From: Azospirillaceae bacterium
Lineage (GTDB): Bacteria > Pseudomonadota > Alphaproteobacteria > Azospirillales > Azospirillaceae
Assembly (NCBI GenBank): GCA_031291675.1
Contig: JARLIO010000084.1
Span: 10,282-74,281 of the forward strand
Reading direction: 5' to 3'
DNA: 64,000 nt
Shown here: positions 1-9,000 of the stretch, one piece after another
Layout: each line of letters opens with the position of its first letter
Numbering within the stretch: position 1 is the first letter of the stretch
Notes under the pieces: model-generated
What the model was told of the DNA's origin: nothing
What the model saw: the letters and a program-made list of their open reading frames with translations, nothing else
The model's database searches: none
Made by a program: the position numbers and the translations under genes

Positions 1-144
1 AGACAAAATGGCATTTCACGGACGGGGACGTTCGCCCCGGGTCGCGGGACGCCGAAGAACCGGGCAGGCGATCGCCCTCGACCCTCGGGGTGCCCCGCGG
101 CTGGCCGGATAGGCCAGCCCGGTGACCGGGCTCGCATCAACGCA

Positions 145-1128
145 TCAATATTCCATGCGCCACATATAGCGGCGGACGGTGAGCGGGTGGCCACGACTGT
201 CCGCCAGTTTGACGGCATAGCCGCGCAGCAAGGCCGCGAACATCATCGGTGTCAGATACTCCGCCGCAGGGCCGGCGAGTTCCTCGATCCCGAAGCTCCG
301 GGCGTCGAGGACGGTCAAGCGCTGGCTGTATTTTTGGGCGAAGGCCAAAGCCCGTTCGTCCATCGTCCGCCCGGCGCCCAGGCCAAGCAGAATGACGAAA
401 GGAACATCGAAATCGGTGATCTCGAACGGTCCGTGAAAATACTCCCCGGCGTGGATCGCGGCGGCATGCACCCATTGCATTTCCTGGAGAATGCAGATCG
501 CGAAGGAATAGGCCGTCCCGTAGTTGGCGGCGCTGGCCATGGTATAGATCACCGGTTCGCGCTTATGGCTTTCGGCGAAGGCGGCAATGGCCGGTGCCTG
601 TTCGGCGAGCAGCTTTTCGGTTTTCGCGGGAATGGCTTCCAGCGTCCGCGCGATCGCCGCGCTCTTGGTGTTGCCCTCACGGGTTGCGAGGATGCCAAAG
701 GCAAGGCTGATCAACAGCGGCGCATTGTGCGTCGGCGTAATCGTCAAAGGGTCGAAGGTGTAGAGAATGGCGTGGTCGGATTCGCGATCGAGCGGCGAAC
801 CGGCGGCATGGGTGAAACCGATCACCAGCGCGCCGCTGTTGCGCGCGAAACGGGCCGCCGCGACCGTCTCCGGTGTCGTCCCGGAATGGGAGCAGAGGAT
901 GACGACACTGGTCTTGCCCAGGCGTTTGGGTGCGCGATTGAGGAATTCGGCTGCGTTGATCGCGAACCCGGCGATCGAGGCCGACTCACGCTCGATGATG
1001 TATTGACCGCTCATCATCAAGGCGTAGGAGCCACCGCACGCCACGAAATAGATTTCCGTGACCTGTTCGCGGGCTGCGACCGCTTTCAACGCGACTTCGA
1101 GACCCGTCGCCACTTCTGACGTCGACAT
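145..1128 (-). CDS. SIS domain-containing sugar-phosphate isomerase/deglycase-like protein
   Basis: Track ORF 145..1593(-) trimmed to the internal ATG at 1128 (MSTSEVATG...). SIS-type sequence (VILCSHSGTTPET), ~327 aa. The 155 upstream codons of the track ORF read through the repeat element at 1251..1413 and are not credible coding sequence. Confidence 0.8.
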   Translation of the reverse strand: MSTSEVATGLEVALKAVAAREQVTEIYFVACGGSYALMMSGQYIIERESASIAGFAINAAEFLNRAPKRLGKTSVVILCSHSGTTPETVAAARFARNSGALVIGFTHAAGSPLDRESDHAILYTFDPLTITPTHNAPLLISLAFGILATREGNTKSAAIARTLEAIPAKTEKLLAEQAPAIAAFAESHKREPVIYTMASAANYGTAYSFAICILQEMQWVHAAAIHAGEYFHGPFEITDFDVPFVILLGLGAGRTMDERALAFAQKYSQRLTVLDARSFGIEELAGPAAEYLTPMMFAALLRGYAVKLADSRGHPLTVRRYMWRMEY

Positions 1129-1250
1129 GAGGAACCTTTCATGATGTCCTATGACGTCATATTGATACGCAAGGACTGCCAGCCTGTCAATCTTCCGTTT
1201 TCGGGATCCTGTTTCCGCTTCGCGGTGCCACAACGGCACCAACGCTTGAT

Positions 1251-1413
1251 CAGCGATTCCCATTCTGGCTGTCGGCCCGCGGGCTGCCGCCCGCACCGGC
1301 TCGGGGTAAACCCCGAATCCCCCTCTCTTTTGACAAAAACAAAGGGGTCTGAGGCAATGCCCCCGGGTCTGGGCGAAAGCCCAACGCGTCGTCGCCAAAA
1401 ATGAGAACCCCTG
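1251..1413 (+). mobile_element. MITE-like repeat, copy 1 (full length, slightly diverged ends, no recognisable target-site duplication)
   Basis: Aligns end to end with 19124..19287. Left end is CAGCGATTCCCATTCTGGC and right end GCCAAAAATGAGAACCCCTG. Shares the core blocks GCCCGCGGGCTGCCGC, TTTTGACAAAAACAAAGGGGTCTG and GGGCGAAAGCCCAACGC. Confidence 0.8.
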
Positions 1414-1583
1414 AAACACGGGTGTCAGGGTTGCCGGGAACACGACGTGGCCCCATGATGCGGAATTCCGCCCGGGGGGTTGCCCGTCACAGCATGTTCG
1501 CGCCACAATGCCCCGGGCAGACCGCTTGGTGCCGCCGTCGGTTCTGGTATTCAAGGAAAGTGCCTTTGGAGGGGAATAGCGTC

Positions 1584-2321
1584 TTGGCTGCAACGAAACC
1601 TGGTCTGGTTCGGCAGGATCTGTCGCCGCTCTACCTGCAGCTCAAAAACAATCTTCTGGAAGCCATCGCCGACGGACGCTATGCCCCCGGGGACCCGTTG
1701 CCGACGGAACAGCAGCTCTGCGCCGCCTTTGGCGTCAGCCGCATCACGGTCCGCCGCGCCGTCAGCGAACTGCAGGACGAGGGCATCCTGGAAAAACGCC
1801 ACGGCAAGGGCACCTTCGTATCCTTCCGTCGCATGCAAACCAGTCTCGTCGATCTTGCCGGCTTCTCTGAATCTTACTCGCTGCAAGGTTTTGCCGTACA
1901 CAGCGTGATCCTTGACGTCGTCGAGACCAAGGCCGGCCCGCTTTTGGCGCGAAAGCTGTCCGTGGGCGAGAACGCCCCGATTCTATCGGTAACACGTCTC
2001 ATCAGCGCCAACGGCGTGCCGATGACGATCGATGCCGCCGAATTTCCGCTCGGTCGGTTTCCGGATCTTGCCGGGCAGATTGGTGACGATACGTCGATCT
2101 ATCGTATCCTGAAAAGCTGCTATAAGCATGAGGTGAAACACGCCGAGCGGATCATCAATGTCCGTCTTGCGAGCTCTCGCGAGCGTGACATCTTGAACTG
2201 CAAACTGGGTGAGCCGCTGTTTGAGATCGAGAAGATCGTGTCGGATGCGGCGCAGATTCCGATGCAACGCTCGATTCTGCTGACATCCACCAACCGTATC
2301 AGCCTGACCATCCGGATTTGA
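1584..2321 (+). CDS. GntR/HutC-family transcriptional regulator
   Basis: GntR winged-helix N-terminus (LPTEQQLCAAFGVSRITVRRAVSELQDEGILEKRHGKGTFV) plus a UTRA-like C-terminal half. Start is uncertain: TTG at 1584 has GGAGGGG about 10 nt upstream and gives 245 aa, and an in-frame ATG at 1494 is the alternative. The track start at 1401 lies inside the MITE. Divergent from the SIS gene. Confidence 0.8.
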   Translation: MAATKPGLVRQDLSPLYLQLKNNLLEAIADGRYAPGDPLPTEQQLCAAFGVSRITVRRAVSELQDEGILEKRHGKGTFVSFRRMQTSLVDLAGFSESYSLQGFAVHSVILDVVETKAGPLLARKLSVGENAPILSVTRLISANGVPMTIDAAEFPLGRFPDLAGQIGDDTSIYRILKSCYKHEVKHAERIINVRLASSRERDILNCKLGEPLFEIEKIVSDAAQIPMQRSILLTSTNRISLTIRI

Positions 2322-2447
2322 CCGGTGAAAGGCTGAATCGCCTTTTCAAAGGCGATCGAACATACTGTGCTTGATGGCGTCAGCTCTCATGACTGCGGCC
2401 AAGTACCCTGGCTGCCCACACGGGCCCGAAGCGGGCAAAGGACAAGG

Positions 2448-2930
2448 ATGGGCAAACTGATCCCTCTCGTCATCATCGCGGTACCGTTGATCGAGATCGC
2501 CGGTTTCGTTCTCGTCGGTCACATCCTTGGCGTCGCCGGAACCCTGGCGCTGGTTGTGCTGTCGACAGCCTGGGGCCTGACGCTGGTTCGCCGTCAGGGC
2601 TTCAGCACCTTGATCCGCCTTCAGGAGGTTGTCGCGCGGCGCCAGACACCGGTTCAGCCGCTGTTCGAGGGCCTGTGTCTGGGCCTGGCCGGGGCGCTGT
2701 TCATCATCCCCGGTTTCTTCACGGATCTGGTTGCGCTGGGCCTGCTGATACCAGCGCTGCGGCGACGGCTGTTCCGGCTGATCGGTCGTCGTGTCACCAT
2801 TCGCGGCGATGATGACGGGCCGGATCCCGGTGCCACGGTGATCAATGGTGAGTTCCAGGAGATCGCCGGTGAAATCGAACCGCCGGGTCAAAGCCGATGG
2901 CGCCCACCCGGGTCACCGTTTCGGCCCTGA
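2448..2930 (+). CDS. fxsA: FxsA family membrane protein
   Basis: MGKLIPLVIIAVPLIEIAGFVLVG... and IIPGFFTD are typical of FxsA/UPF0716. ATG at 2448 is preceded by AAGGA. Confidence 0.8.
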   Translation: MGKLIPLVIIAVPLIEIAGFVLVGHILGVAGTLALVVLSTAWGLTLVRRQGFSTLIRLQEVVARRQTPVQPLFEGLCLGLAGALFIIPGFFTDLVALGLLIPALRRRLFRLIGRRVTIRGDDDGPDPGATVINGEFQEIAGEIEPPGQSRWRPPGSPFRP

Positions 2931-3018
2931 CCTTCCGGCGCGGAACCGGGCGTGCCCAGGCCAACAACAAAGGCCGGTGCCGCGAACGGCACGGCCCGCG
3001 GCTTCACATCGGATTGCC

Positions 3019-3534
3019 ATGATTTTGCTGCGACACGGCCAATCGGAATTCAACGTCCACTACGCGGCAACCGGCCGCGATCCGGGCATTCGCGACGCAC
3101 CCTTGACCGAAGCCGGCCGTCACCAGGCCAGGATTGCCGCCACCCGGCTGGCTGGCCGGGTCGATCGCCTGATCGCCAGCCCCTATCGACGCGCCCTGGA
3201 AACAGCCGGCATCATTGCCGAACAGCTAGCATTGCCGCTGACGATCACGGCGCTGTGCGGTGAACACGGGCTGTTCAGCTGCGACGTTGGCACCCCGGCC
3301 TCACAGCTCGCGGTCACCTGGCCGCAATGGGATTTTTCGGCCCTGCCGGAAATCTGGTGGCCCGAAAGCGGCGAAACCCTGCGCCAGGTGCAGCGACGCG
3401 CCGCCGCTTTCCGCACTCTGATTGCCGGTGAGGACGACCATGACGCCATTGCCATCATCAGCCATTGGGGCTTCATCCGCGCCTTGACCGGCGAAGAGCT
3501 GCCAAACTGCGGAATGGTTGTCACAACACCCTGA
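3019..3534 (+). CDS. histidine phosphatase (phosphoglycerate mutase) family protein
   Basis: MILLRHGQSEFN... RHG catalytic motif at the N-terminus and SPYRRALETA later. Trimmed from track ORF 2845..3534. Confidence 0.75.
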   Translation: MILLRHGQSEFNVHYAATGRDPGIRDAPLTEAGRHQARIAATRLAGRVDRLIASPYRRALETAGIIAEQLALPLTITALCGEHGLFSCDVGTPASQLAVTWPQWDFSALPEIWWPESGETLRQVQRRAAAFRTLIAGEDDHDAIAIISHWGFIRALTGEELPNCGMVVTTP

Positions 3535-3608
3535 TCGCGAAGGTGCCGCCCGTGACGGGCTGGCGCGGGCCCGCCCTGGATAATCCGCAGCGAAACGCCG
3601 CTTCAACC

Positions 3609-3774
3609 CACCCGTTCTCATTTTGGCTGTGGGCCCGCGGGCTGCCGCACGCACGCGCTCGGAGTGAACCCCGAACCCCCCCTCTGTTTTGACAAAAACA
3701 AGAGGGTCTGGGGCATAGCCCCCGTTGGGTTTGAGCGAAAGCCCAACGCGTCGTCGCCAAAATGAGAACCGCTG
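3609..3774 (+). mobile_element. MITE-like repeat, copy 2, flanked by a 9-bp direct repeat GCTTCAACC
   Basis: Ends are CACCCGTTCTCATTTTGGC ... GCCAAAATGAGAACCGCTG, with the same internal blocks as the other copies. Identical 9-mers GCTTCAACC lie at 3600..3608 and 3775..3783. Confidence 0.85.
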
Positions 3775-3867
3775 GCTTCAACCCGGAGCGGTTGTCGCCC
3801 CGGGTCGTTCCGTGGTAGCCACTGCGCAGCGCCGGCGGCGCGGTATCATACTCGCGGGAGAACATTC

Positions 3868-4368
3868 ATGTCTGATCAGCCCACTGCGGGCGCCAATGGC
3901 ACCGGATCTGAAGGATCCGAAGCACCGTTGAATCTGCCAATCACGATCAATGCTCAATATATCAAGGACCTGTCGTTCGAGAATCCGAACGCGCCGCGTA
4001 GCCTCCAGGCTGGCCAACCGACACCACGGGTGTCGGTTTCAGTCGATGTCGACGCCACCGGGCTCGCTGAAAATCTGTTTGAGGTCGTGCTCTCACTGAC
4101 CGCAAAGGCAGCCCACGATGACACCACGGTGTTCATTGCCGAGTTGAGCTATGGCGCGGTTGTGACCCTGACAGAGATTCCCAAGGAGCACGTTGCTCCG
4201 GTCCTGTTCATCGAGGTGGCGCGCCTGCTGTTCCCCTTCGCCCGCCAGATCATCTCGGGCGTCACCAGCCAGGGCGGTTTCCCGCCGTTGCTGATCAATC
4301 CCGTCGACTTTGCCGATCTGTTCCGCCGCAAGGCCGACCAGGCGCAGGAAACCCAGGGCGAGGCCTGA
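3868..4368 (+). CDS. secB: protein-export chaperone SecB
   Basis: 166-aa ORF. INAQYIKDLSFENPNAP and the acidic C-terminus are typical of SecB. GGGAGA lies upstream of the ATG. Confidence 0.9.
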   Translation: MSDQPTAGANGTGSEGSEAPLNLPITINAQYIKDLSFENPNAPRSLQAGQPTPRVSVSVDVDATGLAENLFEVVLSLTAKAAHDDTTVFIAELSYGAVVTLTEIPKEHVAPVLFIEVARLLFPFARQIISGVTSQGGFPPLLINPVDFADLFRRKADQAQETQGEA

Positions 4369-4390
4369 GCCTCGATCCGTTCGATGTCAA

Positions 4391-4420
4391 ATCAGGGCAA
4401 CGACGCTCCGTTGCCCTGAT
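4391..4420. terminator. perfect 12-bp-stem hairpin between convergent secB and rho (possible bidirectional terminator)
   Basis: ATCAGGGCAACG-acgctc-CGTTGCCCTGAT. No clear U-tract on either side, so the terminator function is uncertain. Confidence 0.45.
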
Positions 4421-4448
4421 ACCAGGCTGGTAAGATCAGGGATCCCGC

Positions 4449-5705
4449 TTACTGATTCATCGATTCGAAGAATTCAGAGTTCGTCTTGGTATGCTTGAGC
4501 TTATCAAGCAGGAAGTCGACCGAATCCGTGATCCCCATCGGCAATAGGATACGCCGCAAGACCCACATCTTCGAGATCGTCGAGCGATCCACAAGCAGCT
4601 CTTCCTTCCGGGTCCCAGACTTGGTGATGTCGATGGCCGGGAATGTTCGCTTGTCCGACAGTTTGCGGTCAAGAATGATTTCCGAGTTGCCGGTGCCTTT
4701 GAATTCTTCAAAGATCACTTCGTCCATGCGGCTGCCGGTGTCGATCAGGGCGGTGGCGATAATCGTCAGAGAGCCACCCTCCTCGATATTGCGGGCGGCA
4801 CCGAAGAAACGCTTGGGACGCTGCAGCGCATTGGCGTCGACACCGCCGGTCAACACCTTGCCGGAGCTGGGGACGACGGTGTTGTAGGCGCGCGCCAATC
4901 GCGTGATCGAGTCCAGCAGGATCACCACGTCGCGCTTGTGTTCGACCAGACGCTTGGCCTTTTCGATGACCATTTCGGCAACCTGGACGTGGCGGGCCGC
5001 CGGCTCATCGAATGTCGAACTGATGACTTCGCCCCGGACCGAACGGGCCATGTCGGTCACTTCTTCGGGTCGCTCATCGATCAGCAGAACGATCAGATAG
5101 ACTTCCGGATGATTGCTGGCGATCGAATGCGCGATGTTCTGCAACATCACGGTCTTGCCCGTCCGCGGTGGCGCGACGATCAAGGCCCGCTGGCCTTTAC
5201 CCAGCGGGGCGACCAGATCGATAATTCGGCTGGTGAAATTCTTTTTGGTCGGGTCTTCGATTTCAAGGCGGAGCCGCTCCTCAGGATAGAGCGGGGTCAG
5301 ATTGTCAAAATTGATCCGATGACGCACTTTGTCGGGCGTATCGAAATTGATCGTGTTGACCTTCAACAGCGCGAAGTAACGTTCGCCATCTTTTGGCGCA
5401 CGGATCTGACCTTCAACGGTATCACCCGTGCGCAAGCCGAACCGCCGGACCTGGCTCGGCGAGACATAGATGTCATCGGGGCCGGGAAGATAGTTTGCCT
5501 CGGGTGAACGCAGGAAACCGAACCCATCCTGAAGAATCTCCAGTACACCATCGCCGAAAATGGGCACATCGTTCTCGGCGAGCTGTTTCAAGATCGCAAA
5601 CATCATGTCCTGCTTGCGCAGGGCGCTGGCATTCTCGATTTGCAGCTCTTCGGCAAACGCCAACAGCTCAGCCGGCGTCTTGCACTTGAGTTCCTGGAGG
5701 TTCAT
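4449..5705 (-). CDS. rho: transcription termination factor Rho
   Basis: [25 protein letters not shown]..., the RNA-binding domain and the P-loop APPRTGKT. 418 aa from the ATG at 5705. Confidence 0.95.
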   Translation of the reverse strand: MNLQELKCKTPAELLAFAEELQIENASALRKQDMMFAILKQLAENDVPIFGDGVLEILQDGFGFLRSPEANYLPGPDDIYVSPSQVRRFGLRTGDTVEGQIRAPKDGERYFALLKVNTINFDTPDKVRHRINFDNLTPLYPEERLRLEIEDPTKKNFTSRIIDLVAPLGKGQRALIVAPPRTGKTVMLQNIAHSIASNHPEVYLIVLLIDERPEEVTDMARSVRGEVISSTFDEPAARHVQVAEMVIEKAKRLVEHKRDVVILLDSITRLARAYNTVVPSSGKVLTGGVDANALQRPKRFFGAARNIEEGGSLTIIATALIDTGSRMDEVIFEEFKGTGNSEIILDRKLSDKRTFPAIDITKSGTRKEELLVDRSTISKMWVLRRILLPMGITDSVDFLLDKLKHTKTNSEFFESMNQ

Positions 5706-5997
5706 GCGAGTCCTGTGGGACAGATCAACGGCTGATCGCCGGATACTGATGGGGGATCGGGATGGTCGAGGGATGCGGACAAAGTCCACCACCTGCCGTT
5801 ACCGGCAGAGGCTGCAGGACCTATTGTATCCGCCCTTGGCGTCCGGGTGACAGACGCCAGAGAATATAGAGGATTCTCTTGGAAAACAGCTTTTTGACAA
5901 ACCGATCGTTAGCCTAACCATGCCGTCAAGTCAAATGATTCTGCGCCGGCCATCGCGGTGCCCGGCACGCCGGAGTCAATTTCCGATGCGCGGTGTC

Positions 5998-6429
5998 TCA
6001 AAATGGTTTCACTATGACCATGATCACGATCACGATCATCAGCAGGGTCGGGACTTCGTTGGCGATCCGATAAAATCGCGCAGATCGCTGATTGCGGTCA
6101 AGCGCGAAATCTTTGCGCCAGCGACCCATCAGATGATGCACCCAGGTCAGGGCCAGGACCATCAAAATTTTGACGTGAAGCCAACCATCCGTCAACCAGC
6201 CGGGCGTCAGCCAGAGCATCCAGATTGCCGCGGCATAGGTGACGACCATTGCCGGATTCATGATGAAGCGCAACAGCTTGCGTTCCATGACCTTGAACGT
6301 TGCCGACGCCTCGGAGGTGGGCGCGACACCGCAGTGATAGACAAACAGCCGCGGCAGATAGAGCAATCCGGCCATCCAGGAAATCACGGCGATGACGTGG
6401 GCCGCTTTGACCCAGCTATACAGATCCAC
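5998..6429 (-). CDS. hemJ: protoporphyrinogen oxidase HemJ (CopD/UPF0093 family membrane protein)
   Basis: WVKAAHVIAVISWMAGLLYLPRLFVYH is the HemJ signature. GTG at 6429 has GAGGGAG 9 nt upstream. Lies 4 nt after the hemH stop. Confidence 0.8.
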   Translation of the reverse strand: MDLYSWVKAAHVIAVISWMAGLLYLPRLFVYHCGVAPTSEASATFKVMERKLLRFIMNPAMVVTYAAAIWMLWLTPGWLTDGWLHVKILMVLALTWVHHLMGRWRKDFALDRNQRSARFYRIANEVPTLLMIVIVIMVIVKPF

Positions 6430-6433
6430 GATA

Positions 6434-7546
6434 TCAGACTCCCTCTTGACGGGTCGCCGTGGCACCGGATCCGTCGGTCGCCGCCAAGGCGCAACCGCAA
6501 AAACCGGATGGGCAGGTTCGGCCACCGGCGTCGCTGTCCAGGCCGTCACCGCGATCGCTTGCCAACCGGCGGCGCACCAGGCGGCTTAAGCCGAGAATAA
6601 AATCGGGGTGGGTGCCAACCGCCGGGACGCTGGCAAAATAGGGAACTCCCTGGCTTTCAGCGCGATGGCGATATTCGATCGCGATTTCGACCAGGGTCTC
6701 GGAATGTTCGGAAACGAAAGCGATCGGCGCCATCACGACCGGAACCCGGTCACGCGCCGCCCGATCAATTTCGGCATCTGCGGCGGGTTCGATCCATTTG
6801 AGCGGTCCGACCCGGCTCTGATAGCAACCGACCCAGTCAAGATCAGGCCGGTTCAGCGCCGCGATGATGGCCTGGCAGGTCTGCTGACATTGCCATTGAT
6901 AGGGGTCGCCGGCAGCAACCACCCGCTTTGGCAGACCATGCGCCGAAAGCAGCAGGCGGGGACGCCCGTGACGTTCAGCCTCGGCCAGCGCCGGCTCGAT
7001 CAGCGCCACAGCGGCCTGGATAAAGCCGGTGTCGGTGGGATAACAGCACAGCGCCCGGGTTGGCACGTCGAGCCCGGCGATCCGGGCAGCGCGATGCCAG
7101 GCTTTGAGGCTCGAGGCGGTCGTCGTCTGCGACCACTGGGGATAAAGCGGCAGCAGCAGGATGCGGTCCGGAGCGTAAGCCTTGACCGCTTGCGCCACCT
7201 CGTCACTCATCGGATGCCAATAACGCATCGCGATAAAGATCTGCAGCGGTTCCAAGTCCGACAGAGCGGCCTTTAGCGCCGCCGCCTGGGCCTCGGTGTT
7301 GGGCAGCAGGGGTGACCGTCCACCAATCTGCTCATAGATCACCTGGGCGGTCTTGTGGCGCCGGCGGGCAATGGCATAAGCGACGAACAAACGCAGCAAG
7401 CCGGGAAGAGCGATGATCGCCGGGTCTGCGAACAGGTTGAACAGGAAAGGGCGCACGGCATCGGGACAATCCGGGCCACCGAGATTGAACAGGACGATCG
7501 CGGTTTTCCGGGGGGCGCTGGTCTCAACCATATCGGGTCGGGGCAC
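6434..7546 (-). CDS. hemH: ferrochelatase
   Basis: AIVLFNLGGPD...VRPFLFNLFADPAII...YEQIGGRSPL are typical of ferrochelatase. Start is either GTG at 7546 or ATG at 7531. The C-terminal tail contains CPSGFCGC. Confidence 0.9.
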   Translation of the reverse strand: MPRPDMVETSAPRKTAIVLFNLGGPDCPDAVRPFLFNLFADPAIIALPGLLRLFVAYAIARRRHKTAQVIYEQIGGRSPLLPNTEAQAAALKAALSDLEPLQIFIAMRYWHPMSDEVAQAVKAYAPDRILLLPLYPQWSQTTTASSLKAWHRAARIAGLDVPTRALCCYPTDTGFIQAAVALIEPALAEAERHGRPRLLLSAHGLPKRVVAAGDPYQWQCQQTCQAIIAALNRPDLDWVGCYQSRVGPLKWIEPAADAEIDRAARDRVPVVMAPIAFVSEHSETLVEIAIEYRHRAESQGVPYFASVPAVGTHPDFILGLSRLVRRRLASDRGDGLDSDAGGRTCPSGFCGCALAATDGSGATATRQEGV

Positions 7547-7570
7547 GGGGATATCGGTCTCGCGCTGTGG

Positions 7571-8611
7571 TTAATGGGGCCAGGATTTGATCAGTTCGGC
7601 CAGATCGGCGACATGCTCGGGTGGCGTGCTTTGAACCACCCCATGGCCGAGATTGAAGATGAAGGGCTTGGGCCCGAGCGTGTGCAGGATTTCATGGACG
7701 GCTTCGGCCATCGGTGAGCCGCCGGCGACCAGCAGAACCGGATCGAGGTTACCCTGGATTGGCAGTCGGGTCTGCAATGTCCGTGCGGCCCAGATTAACG
7801 GCACCGTGGTGTCGAGTGCAAGCGCATCAATTCCGGTGCCGCGGACATAATCGAGATAAAGCAATCCAGCGCCGCGGGGAAAACCGATGATGGGAATCTC
7901 GGGATTGTGGGTCTTGAGGGCGGTGACGATCCGACGCGTCGGTTCGATGACAAAACGCCGGAACGCGGGTTCGGGCAGAACACCGGCCCAACTGTCGAAC
8001 AGCTGGATGGCTTCGACACCGGTGCGGATCTGGGCCGAGAGATAATCGATCGTGGCATCGACGATCAGATCAATCAGCGCGGAAAAACCGGCCGGGTCGC
8101 GATACGCCCAGCGTTTGACCTCGACGAACTCTTTTGTTGCGCCGCCTTCGACCATGTAGGTGGCGATGGTCCAGGGTGATCCGGCAAACCCGATCAGGGC
8201 GGTGTGCGCCGGGATGGCGGTTTTAAGCCGGTCAATCGTTTCATAAACCGGCGCCAGGGTCTGGTGGAACCGCTCCTGGGACAGGCGGAGAAGATCCTGT
8301 GTGGTTCGGATCGGCTCGAGCCTGGGGCCTTCCCCGTCGAGATAATCCAGCTTTTGCCCCAGGGCATGGGGCACGACCAGAATGTCGGAAAACAGAATGG
8401 CCGCATCCATGTCATAGCGCCGGAGCGGTTGCAATGTGACCTCGGTGGCCAGGGCGGGATCGAAGCAAAGAGCGAGAAAGCTGCCAGCCTGCGTGCGAAC
8501 GGCACGGTATTCCGGGAGATAGCGGCCGGCTTGGCGCATCAACCAAAATGGCGGTCGCGACGAGGTTTTGCCGGTTAATGTCCGGAGGAAAAGCTTGTTG
8601 GGAAAGGTCAT
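7571..8611 (-). CDS. hemE: uroporphyrinogen decarboxylase
   Basis: RPPFWLMRQAGRYLPEYR motif, 346 aa. Confidence 0.95.
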   Translation of the reverse strand: MTFPNKLFLRTLTGKTSSRPPFWLMRQAGRYLPEYRAVRTQAGSFLALCFDPALATEVTLQPLRRYDMDAAILFSDILVVPHALGQKLDYLDGEGPRLEPIRTTQDLLRLSQERFHQTLAPVYETIDRLKTAIPAHTALIGFAGSPWTIATYMVEGGATKEFVEVKRWAYRDPAGFSALIDLIVDATIDYLSAQIRTGVEAIQLFDSWAGVLPEPAFRRFVIEPTRRIVTALKTHNPEIPIIGFPRGAGLLYLDYVRGTGIDALALDTTVPLIWAARTLQTRLPIQGNLDPVLLVAGGSPMAEAVHEILHTLGPKPFIFNLGHGVVQSTPPEHVADLAELIKSWPH

Positions 8612-8640
8612 CGGGCGGCTCCCTGTCGCGTGGTGGCTGG

Positions 8641-8720
8641 ATCCATCTACAATGATGAAAATCGTATGTTGTAAGAATGTTGTAGTAGTTGGTCATGTGA
8701 AAAATGGGGATTAGACTCTG
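8641..8720. other. AT-rich candidate DNA-unwinding element
   Basis: 28 G+C in 80 bp (35%) by hand count. Contains ATGTTGTAA (8666..8674) and ATGTTGTAG (8677..8685) in 11-bp phase. Confidence 0.6.
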
Positions 8721-8728
8721 TCCCCGAG

Positions 8729-8737
8729 TTTTCCACA
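8729..8737 (+). promoter_or_regulatory. DnaA-box-like site TTTTCCACA (1 mismatch to TTATCCACA)
   Basis: Direct read of the sequence. Confidence 0.55.
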
Positions 8738-8823
8738 GAGCGTGGCGACCGGTGCGATGGGTGTGGAGGAATCGGCGGCGATGGGTTGGAGACTCCGTGG
8801 ATTCCCAACAATTCACCGGTGTC

Positions 8824-8832
8824 TGTGGATAA
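8824..8832 (-). promoter_or_regulatory. perfect DnaA box (TGTGGATAA, reverse complement of TTATCCACA)
   Basis: Direct read. Immediately followed by CGGGGATAA (8833..8841, 2 mismatches) in the same orientation. Confidence 0.7.
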
Positions 8833-8991
8833 CGGGGATAAATCGAGTCGCGGAGAGGCTGTTCAGGGAGCGCAGGGCGGTCAAAAGAGTTGTCCCCAGG
8901 GCCGGTAACGCTGTCGACGAAAAGATGGTGTTCGGTGATAGAATCAGGCAGCCTGGGAGAAAGAGGCGACTTACCCCCGGTATCGGGCAAT

Positions 8992-9000
8992 CTGTCCACA
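8992..9000 (+). promoter_or_regulatory. DnaA-box-like site CTGTCCACA (2 mismatches)
   Basis: Direct read. Confidence 0.4.

Noticed and set aside
145-1593. Long N-terminal extension of the SIS ORF, and similar peptide strings (..TRWAFAQT..CFCQ.RGG..) recurring in several track ORFs
   Set aside because: The recurring peptide is just the translation of the MITE-like repeat in different ORFs (1251..1413, 3609..3774, 11441..11584, 19124..19287). It is not a protein family.
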